A DNA stretch of 64,000 bases, taken from Paragordius varius. Lineage: Eukaryota; Animalia; Nematomorpha. A program made the translations under genes and the position numbers. Below are positions 55,801 to 64,000 of this stretch, one piece after another. The DNA is taken from NCBI GenBank assembly GCA_964247055.1, contig OZ176051.1, forward strand, positions 5,580,001 to 5,644,000, read 5' to 3'. The notes beneath the pieces were generated by a model. That model made no database searches. It had not been told where the DNA came from and was given only the letters and a program-made list of their open reading frames with translations. How positions within the stretch are numbered: position 1 is the stretch's first letter; every line of letters begins with the position of its first letter.

Positions 55801-56319
55801 TATAAATATAGCAGATCCACGTGACATTAAATGAGCTGAATAAATTGTAAAAAAATTTGAATATCAGACAAATAGCAAAAAACAGTACAAACCATTAAAC
55901 CTATTTTTCGAACAATATTCAAATTATATACCTTACCCCTGATATTATTAAAAAATAAAATTTTGTTTAAAATTAACACATAATACACAAAAAATGATAA
56001 ATTTTCCCATAAAGATACTTCATATCAATATTTCAATTTTAAAGTTAAAGTGTTCAAGGGTAAATTTGAGGTGTAAATGGTGTATATATATATATATAAA
56101 TAAATTACCTCATGATCGCCATGTGAAAAATTTAAACGAGCAACATTCATACCAGCCTTAATCATTTCGATTAAAATTGAGACATCTCTTGAGGCCGGTC
56201 CTAAACACAACAATTTAAAGGGGAAAAATATTACCAATGGTACAAATAATTCCAGTTTTTCGTAAATGCCCAGGAATTTGATCGATATTTAAATCACAAG
56301 CGTGTTGTAAGTTAATCAT
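51321..56319 (-). CDS. PK: Pyruvate kinase (multi-exon), with a K+-independent-type signature
   Basis: [100 protein letters not shown]; canonical GT-AG introns. Confidence 0.97.
52832..52871. repeat. (TA)n microsatellite; similar tracts near 962-990, 20266-20290, 26580-26598, 27543-27574 and 29720-29748
   Basis: Direct reading of TA dinucleotide runs. Confidence 0.9.
54810..55115. mobile_element. Degenerate hAT (Charlie-like) MITE in a PK intron
   Basis: Imperfect TIR AAGCGTGTCCAACAC vs reverse complement AAGTGTGTCAGACAC; GGCCGC subterminal motifs; no intact TSD. Confidence 0.45.
56050..56085. mobile_element. Solo right end of MITE subfamily 1 in a PK intron
   Basis: GTGTTCAAGGGTAAATTTGAGGTGTAAATGGTGTATA resembles the right terminus of 37701-38042. 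Confidence 0.5.
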
Positions 56320-57049
56320 GACTTCTTTTGCGTTTATTTAGAATATTCTATAGAATTACTATATAACTAATAATACTATTTCAAAAAAGGATAAGGCATT
56401 TCAATAAACAAATTTTATTTTTACGTTGACATTGTAGAATAATAATTTAACTACCTCAATACTGTTTTATCTATTTAAAGGAATCATAAATATATTTAAC
56501 TATTCAGCTATGATAACTATTTTTTTAATTTACTAAATAATTAGGGCGTTTACTGGTTTGATTATATAATGTATAAAAATAATTATTTATTACGCACGTG
56601 GTTAAAAGAATAAGAGATAAAAGTTGCTTAAGAAACACACATCTATGAATATCAAATATCAATGTTCTAGATTTAAAAAATCAATAATATAAATATAAAT
56701 CTAATGAGGCTATGATTAAATTTTTGTGCAGGTAAAATGTTTCTACGGCTTAAATTGTTAAACATATTGCATGCATATTTGACGGTGCCCGTGTATGCTT
56801 CTAACATCCTTGTTTATTTATATTTATATCTGAGTTTTAGCAGAATTTTAAATCCTGAATGTAATCTCCCTATTTAAGCTAATACGTGTAAATGAATCAA
56901 ACAACTCAGTTTGATTTTTATCTAAGATAGATAGATATTTGGCGAGTGCCCACATGTGGGCGTTGGCCTTTGGAATAATGTCGGTTCGTATGCTACGGTT
57001 AAGCCTATTATTACTCGACATTTATCATCAAATATAATTATTAGTTAAT

Positions 57050-59040
57050 TCGGTTAAAAATTATAAGCATGGATGTTTGCCAGGAATATGCAAACCACAG
57101 GTTTTCAGATTATAATTGTGTCTAATGTTTATCTTGTGTCGATTAACAGCGTAAATAATTTTTGGTCAGCTGATTGATAAAAATTTTATCTCGGTTCTGG
57201 CATGTACGGATTCCTCAAGCGATGAATATTATTTGCTTAGTCACACATTAAGAAACAATTATTGTGTCATTTGCATAACTTTGCTAAGGAGTGCACCAAA
57301 TCGAGTTTTATTTCGGTATGCAATTTGTTTTTTGGGTGGATTTTTAATTTTTCGCCATTCTGTTCCCGATCCAAACGTTTAATATTCGAAAGCTTTCAGA
57401 GTCAATCAGAATGATTTCCGAAAGCTATTTGGAAAAGTCTTGAGAGTACGATTGATTTTGAAACCTATTATGTGTCATTCACGTATAGTTGATATTTTTA
57501 ACTTGTTGCAGCTGTTTAGTACTGAGTCCATTGTAATCAATGCATGCTGAGCAAAAGATCATCTTTACATGGAACGCCAAAAATAATCGTTTATAACGTT
57601 TTTTGAGATGTAAAGATTTGGCTATTAAGTATAATGTAACGTATTAGATTATGGGTTAAAAAAATGATGGAGCATAGATCTTTTCAAAATTTAGCGATGA
57701 TTTTTGTTGTTATCTTTCAGGTAAATTATAAAAAATTGTATCCTTGGTATCGCAAGGAATTTTATATATTTGAATGTTATTAGTCAATTTGTTTATAAAA
57801 ATGGATACTAGCGTATTGGTTCCCATGCCCGATTTCTATTGGTGACAAATCCGATTTATATTCGGTAAAGCGTTAAGGATGTGGTGTTGCCTGTCGCGTC
57901 GTGACAGCAATACAAGAAAAGTAAAAACAAAATTGATAAATGTGATCTCTTTTTTCTCAACAGGGTAACGAAACCTAGGAACCCAATAATTTTTATTTAA
58001 TCGCAGATATTGAACAAAAATAAATTAATTTTTTATGGCCATTTTGACGATTAATCGTTACACGCATGCCTGGTTGTATCTATATGCTTAAAATAGTTTT
58101 TTTGGATTTAATGGCGGAAACATGGATTTAAGGAAATGAGCGCTTTAGAATAAAAATATTTTTTCATATATTCAAATTTATAACAGGGATTAGTAGCAAA
58201 GTTTCTAAATAAAACTTTATTATTTTTCTATAGAGTGACCATTTTTACCCATTGTACTTGATTTACAACTAAACCAAATCACTACATATGGATAAAATGA
58301 ATTTAAAAAATTGCTAACGGTTTTTGTAAAATAAGTAAAATCTGTACTCCTTATAATTGGAGCTTAAAAAAATAAATTATAAAAATGTTATATTCACAAC
58401 TTGATATCTCTAGACTAAAAATTATTTAAATTATTATACTATTTTATGAAATTCAATAAATGAAAAGTAAGGAACCAAAAGAGGACCTACTCGAAATTCA
58501 AAAGTTCCCGTTAAATTAAGTAATAGTTCCAAAATTTTAGGAATCACCCTGGTTCCATTTTAAAATTCTTAGGTACCGGACCGGTTCCAGCCTTCCAGGA
58601 ACCACCCCGGTACCGGTTTTTATTTTTTCTAGCCGGTTAGAATCCCTGATATTATACGGTCTGTGTTTTCTCTTATTCTTCAGTGGGGATTGACTAGATC
58701 TTTCTTAAACCTCACAAACAGAGAAAATCTTTAATAAGTACATATTAGTTTAGACCTCCGACATTCCAGGGATACTGCCAGCCCATATTTGTTAGGCGAC
58801 TGTGGACGTTAACTGGAATGATCCATCCAGGTTAGCCTATAGTTTAGCGGAATGTGTACCGCTTCGACTAAGATATCATTCTATATGGACTCAAGGCTCC
58901 CCATTTGTATGTCTTTGCTTTTTAGCATATTAATAGGAGGCTGTCAGGCTTGCCGTAGTCGCATAGGAGGAAAGATTGGCGCAGGCACGGGAAAGTTTAT
59001 GTTTCTAGTACCAAGCTGCACAGTTCCACGTGTAACTTAG
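57050..59040 (-). mobile_element. Heavily decayed LINE fragments, interrupted by a hAT-like end (CCGGTTAGAATCCCTG at 58633-58648)
   Basis: Minus-strand remnants WNVGGLN (like an APE endonuclease start, ~58770), DFSK and YANDTIIV (like RT motifs, ~57260-57440); many stops and frameshifts. Confidence 0.3.
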
Positions 59041-59873
59041 AGATATTCATTCATATATTTATCTATATTTTACTTAATTGTTTATCTAAAATTTCTAATA
59101 TATTAATCTCGACGATCTTTATAAGACCTAGACAATTCTAACACTATTATAGTATAAGAAAGTTTGCAAACAACATTAATATAAAACTATTTTAAACATT
59201 TACTGTTTGAACATTTGCAACTCTATATTTACTAAAAGTAAAAATAGATATCAATAGTAATTTTTAATGGGCATTAATCAGAGATAAAATTTCAGTGTAA
59301 ATGAGTGCGGAATTTTGAACGTAGGAATCATATCAAAGAGGGGAAATCAATTAAGGAAAATAAAATATTTTAGATATAAATCTCAAAATCATTCAAAATA
59401 TAAAAGCGGTATAAAAATAATCTCGTTTCGATAAAAATTTGATTATTAGATATTTTAAATGGATTTTAACTAGAATTTATAAAAACCTAAACAAAATTAA
59501 AGAGCGAAAATTTCGACCGTTTCAATAAAACACACATTTATCAAACCTTAAAATTGAATCATTTGTATTAATATATATCCTATAGATAGGCTTTATATCC
59601 CTTTAAAACAGGGGTGTCCAACAGGGTACTCGCGAGCCACTAGTGGCTCATTGAAAATAAAAAAATTTTTTTTAAAAAATAATTTCTAACATTTTTAAAA
59701 AAATTTTATATGTAAATTATGCATTTTTATTTTGACATTTAAATTATTTTTAGAAACTTTTAATAAAATTCTTCATTATAAATATCTATCAACGCATACA
59801 TTTAATCATTTATAAGACACATTTTTTCCTGCATATTATTTCCAACTTCAAGATGATAATTTTCACATAGGTA

Positions 59874-60073
59874 TTTAAAATAATTTATTTAGCTTTCATA
59901 CCAATACTGGGAATTATAATTTGAGTCCATTATAACATTGAAATACATGGAAAAAATAGTTTTTTAAAATAATTTATTTAGCTTTCATACCAATACTGGG
60001 AATTAAAATTTGGGTCCAATGAAACATTGAAATACTTGCAAAAAATATTTTAAAATAATTTATTTAGCTTTCA
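59874..60073 (+). repeat. ~86-89 bp tandem repeat, ~2.3 copies, in the hAT 5' region
   Basis: TTTAAAATAATTTATTTAGCTTTCA starts at 59874, 59963 and 60049. Confidence 0.85.
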
Positions 60074-61298
60074 ATATGCATAAATCTAAAAGAGTAACTA
60101 GAAAATACAATCCCGACTGAGAATTAAAATATGGGTTTACTCAAATTTTCAACAAAGCGGAGTGCCTTATTTGCAAATTTACGACAAACGGGTTTCGCGA
60201 ATATAATTTAAAAAGACATGCCAATACCATGCATTTGGATTTTATTAATATATGACTACAGAAATGAAAATAATAAAATTAGAATCTTTAAAAAATATTA
60301 ATAATCTCCAACCAACAATTTTATTCACGCAACCTTATCCGATAGTAAAGGCAAGTTATATTGTTGCCACCCCAAAATGAAGCCTTATTCTGATGGTGAG
60401 TTTGTAATGCGTACTGGAAATTATAAAATGTGTTTTGCCTAATAAAGTTGTATTAATATCCGGTATAAGTCTTTCGCTCAATACTATGTGTCGACGAATT
60501 ACAGACATCGCGGAAGAAATTTAACTTCTAAAAGAAAAAATTCAATTTGTGGCGTTTTCCTTATCATTTGATGAAACCACAAATATAATCAACATATCAC
60601 AATTGGCAGTCTTTATTCGAGGGATAGATGAATTTTTTAATATAACAGAAGATATGTTAGGCTTAATTCCGATGAAAAATACAACTAAGGGAGATGATAT
60701 GTTTCATGCAATTTTAAAATGTATTGAGGACACTAAATTAATTATGAGGGCGCTATCTTGTTTAACAACAGATGGTGCCCCAGCTATGACGGGAAAAAAC
60801 AAGGGAACCGTGAAATTATTGTTAAATAAGATCGAATCCGATGGTATTAATATCGACCATATTATAATGCATTGCATGATTCACCGTGAAAATCACTGCG
60901 CACATGCTCTGACAATGGATAATGTTATGACCGTTGTTATTAAAGTAGTTAATTTTATAAAATCTCATGCTTTGAAGCATAGGCAGTTTAAGGAGTTATT
61001 AAAAGTTCATCAGAATATTGAGATCGTATATTTTTTTCAAATGTAAGGTGGCTTAGTCGAGGGAAATGTATAAAAAGGTTTTATTATTTATTAAAATAAA
61101 TAAAAAATTTTCTATTGCAGAATAATTATTTGGTAGAGGAATTAACCAATGAAGATTGGTTGTCAGATTTATGCTTTTCCCTAGATATTACCGAAAAACT
61201 AAATCAATTAAATGAATCTTTGAGCAAGATAATTTGATTGTTGATGCAAATAACCATATTAAAGGGTTTTGTAAAAAATTGACGCTATTTGAATGCCA

Positions 61299-61838
61299 GA
61301 AGATCAGACAATTCTGGCGGAAGGCGCCATCTCCTTAAGTTATAAATCAAGAAGGAGTATAGATAGTTAGTCTACCGAGTTGCAGGTTAGATATATTAGT
61401 ATATACTAATTAGCAACAGAGACTATGAGAAACCAAAAAAACACTGTCAACAAAATTTGGTTTCTTGATTTTCTAATTATAAAAAGCTTAATCCTGGCTT
61501 AACGATTATAAGGAGTCATAATATTTGGTTGAATTTTGGTATTATCGGTTGTCTAATATGGACTCTAGGCTCTATAATATTCATTTCTCCTACTCTATTC
61601 GGTTTCAATCAAAACTCAATATATATACAATTCCTGAATTGACAGTGTTTACCCGTGTTCATTATGTGTGGCTGATGAGTCCACAAAAAGGACGAAACGC
61701 GTCTCACACTATGACACGTGGTAAACACTGTCAACAAAAGTTGGTTTCTCATAGTCTCTGTTGCTAATTAGGATATACTAATATATCAAACCTGCAACTC
61801 GGTAGACTAACTATCTATACTCCTTCTTGATTTATTGT
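61299..61838 (+). mobile_element. Non-coding Penelope-like/retrozyme-like insertion
   Basis: 13-bp direct duplication TATTTGAATGCCA (61286-61298 and 61839-61851); 94-bp inverted repeat (61343-61436 vs 61741-61834, 2 mismatches); 27-bp direct repeat with 284-bp period; hammerhead ribozyme inside. Confidence 0.8.
61639..61734 (+). ncRNA. Type I hammerhead ribozyme (minimal palindromic helix III, extended helix I)
   Basis: Core CTGATGA 61672-61678; helix II GTCC/GGAC with loop ACAAAAA; GAAA 61694-61697; ACGCGT palindrome; GTC cleavage triplet 61701-61703; helix I GTGTGG/TCACAC extended by TTGACAGTGTTTACC/GGTAAACACTGTCAA (15-bp perfect). Confidence 0.9.
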
Positions 61839-62789
61839 TATTTGAATGCCATTTAAAAAAAATTATGCTGAACATTTTCCAGAATCGAACAGATTTAAAG
61901 CTGGTAAAACTAACGATTTTTCAAAATATGCAGATCAAATTAACATATTATCAAGAGCTTTTAATCGATACGGGGATATATCAAAATATGAAAAAATATT
62001 TGATTTATTTTGTTGTCCATTCTACGTTAAAGCTATCAACGCTCCTATTAATTTACAAATGTTACCAGATTTGCAATCCAAGAATGAATTAAAATTATTA
62101 TTTGAGCAAACAAATAAAATTGAATTTTATAAATAATATATAACGTTTGATAAATTTCCTAATTAAAGAATTTTTGCACAAAGGTTAATTTGTGCTTTTG
62201 GGTCGTGCACTTATCTTCGTGAAAGTTTTTTTTCTAAAATGAAATACACAAAATCTCTTTCACGTTCTTTATTAACTGATGAAAACTTGGAGAATGAATT
62301 GAGATGTGCTGTATAAAATAATGATATAGATCTGAATAAACAAAAAAATTAAACAAATATCCCATTAAAAATTTAATTATGCAATGAAAAATATTTATTT
62401 CTTTTATTAGATAAAAAAGGTTACATTTTGGCGATTAAATTCGCCACAGTCTACTCTAGTCATACTATCGAATTGCAATAAGTTTACCATATCCATGTAT
62501 TTTTATCTTTTTTTTATCCATTGATATAATTTAATTAGCAAAGCATTATTATATTTATACTGTTTATTTTCTTTTTGATATGAAAATTACATCTATATGT
62601 TAACATAATAAATTTATTTGTTACCAATGTCATATAAATAAAAAGTGGCTCTTTGGAATTTTGAGGTCGAAAAGGTGGCTCTTCAAGCCATTTGTGTTGG
62701 ACTCCCTGCTTTAAAACAATCTAGTTTATAACAAATATTTTTTCATTTTTTTGCATACATCTTTTATATTTGTGAAGTATCATTATATA

Positions 62790-63340
62790 CAAGTGGCTGT
62801 TACAGAAACATCATGTGTGGAAGAGCATCAAGGGACCTCCTCTGTAGACATTGGCGATGTAAGTCTGCTACACATTTTCTTGTATACCCTGATATAAAGA
62901 AAATTGTAAAGACGGAAAAATTGTTAACTATATGATTTTCGTTGTCAGAGCAATTTAACTTGATTCACCTTGAAATAATTTTTGTAAATCTATAACTTGC
63001 TTGCCATTTGTCATTTCATAGATTTTAAGTCATTGTGATGTTATCATAAATCTTGAATTAGTTGCCAATTATGTATATCGATTATTTCCCAACTTTGATT
63101 TTAACGTGCTCAGTATATACTTTTTATTGCATATATTTGTTAGAAGCCCTGAATAATGATATGACGTTGGCTGAGGCAAGTAAAAGCATGGAAGGCGATA
63201 AGGGGCAAGTCTGCCACACCCTTTTCTGGATAATCAGTATCAGGGGTGAAAGAACATCAATCTAACTTGACAGTTTCAGTCTGTACAATACTCCCCAATG
63301 CCCTTACAAAGCCTTTACGGGGGATAATTGAATTGATATT
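62790..63340 (-). mobile_element. Decayed L1/Tx1-like LINE reverse transcriptase fragment
   Basis: Minus frame LSPLILIIQKRVWQTCPLSPSMLLLA resembles the RT motif F.IQRGVRQGCPLSPLLF; many stops. Confidence 0.5.
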
Positions 63341-63375
63341 TACCTGCGTGTAAATTAACGCAGAAAAGTTTCGTT

Positions 63376-64000
63376 ATGATAATTATTTTATTTTCTCTGC
63401 TGACATGCTTAATTTATTCCCATGCAACTCTTTCCAAATTGGATAAAAAAAGTAGTCCGAAAGAAAAGGTTGGTATATATAATAAAAATTAGGCAAAAAC
63501 CATCCTATCCATTGAAAAAAGGAATTTAGTGAAAGAAGTTTTTGATGTAGAATCGTACTCACAAAACGCATATTTATATTGCAAATCCACAGAATGCATG
63601 ACGAAAAAATTTCCCAACAAAGTTTTAGCCTATCTTACACCAGTTCATAAATATTAATAACTGTAGTGGAATAAAAAAGGATATGAATATGCTAAAATAT
63701 TTTCAAACAAAATTGATTATCTATCCCCTGTTTGGTACGTGGTCAAACCCAATTGCAACATCGAAACGTTTATGGATAAAAGTAATTATATATTTAAATT
63801 TAGCATGGTTTGACGAGTTTCCCAGAGACCACACTAAAATAGGTATAAATATTTAAGAAAATTAGTTCCCAGATTTAAATTTGAAGAATGGGATGCAAAT
63901 GCCTATAAAATGTTAAAAGATGAATATGAAATACAAAAATGCGTTGATAAAATATCGCATATTTTACAACAATTTGACGGATTGGTATTAGAAATCTGGC
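63376..64000 (+). CDS. CHID1: Chitinase domain-containing protein 1 (GH18-like, SI-CLP), 5' part
   Basis: HATLSKLDKK...KFPNKVLAYLTP|WNKKGYEYAKIFSNKIDYLSPVWY...VPRFKFEEW...FDGLVLEIW matches CHID1; introns at 63469-63492, 63643-63666, 63782-63803 and 63843-63865; apparent 1-nt frameshift after the signal peptide. Confidence 0.9.

Larger units (their letters stand above)
60087..62330 (+). pseudogene. hAT transposase pseudogene
   Basis: BED-like CLICK...YNLKRH; AFSLSFDETT; LTTDGAPAM; HCMIHRE; C-terminal dimerisation-like FGSCTYLRESFFSKMK; stops, frameshifts and a 540-bp insertion at 61299-61838. Confidence 0.9.
59609..62708 (+). mobile_element. Formerly autonomous hAT transposon (SPIN/Buster/GTF2IRD2-type), 3100 bp, inactivated
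   Basis: TIR CAGGGGTGTCCAACA / TGTTGGACTCCCTG; perfect 8-bp TSD CTTTAAAA at 59601-59608 and 62709-62716; GTGGCTC subterminal motifs at both ends. Confidence 0.95.

Noticed and set aside
57884-57913. GC-rich hairpin GTGTTGCCTGTCGCGTCGTGACAGCAATAC
   Set aside because: Not followed by a CTAG end, has no ribozyme core, and is seen once; no function can be supported.
57050-63340. Alternative genetic code (stop reassignment) suggested by stop-rich frames
   Set aside because: All real genes here use the standard code with clean frames; the stop-rich frames are decayed retroelements.

Overview
This is very AT-rich animal (eukaryotic) DNA with spliceosomal introns as short as 22-24 nt alongside long transposon-filled introns. 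That architecture suggests a compact-genome parasite such as a myxozoan cnidarian, which is inference only. Genes, left to right: an unidentified minus-strand gene; a ~29 kb BLTP1/KIAA1109 lipid-transfer gene (-), head-to-head with IMMP1L (+) with only 38 bp between start codons; a stand-alone secreted Reeler-domain gene (+); pyruvate kinase (-); and the 5' part of CHID1 (+). The rest is mobile DNA and duplication: non-autonomous Helitrons, a MITE family built from TTCAA-N8-TTGAA units, decayed LINE pieces, a triplicated ~2.2 kb unit with one empty and two hAT-filled sites, and a dead 3.1 kb hAT with a perfect 8-bp TSD. Two signals stand out. (1) Inside the dead hAT is a 540-bp insertion carrying a complete minimal type I hammerhead ribozyme with a ~29-bp helix I, a 94-bp inverted tail copy and a 13-bp target duplication, i.e. 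a Penelope/retrozyme-like element. (2) The intron-containing, animal-type pyruvate kinase reads [10 protein letters not shown] instead of DTKGPEIRTG, the signature of K+-independent pyruvate kinases.
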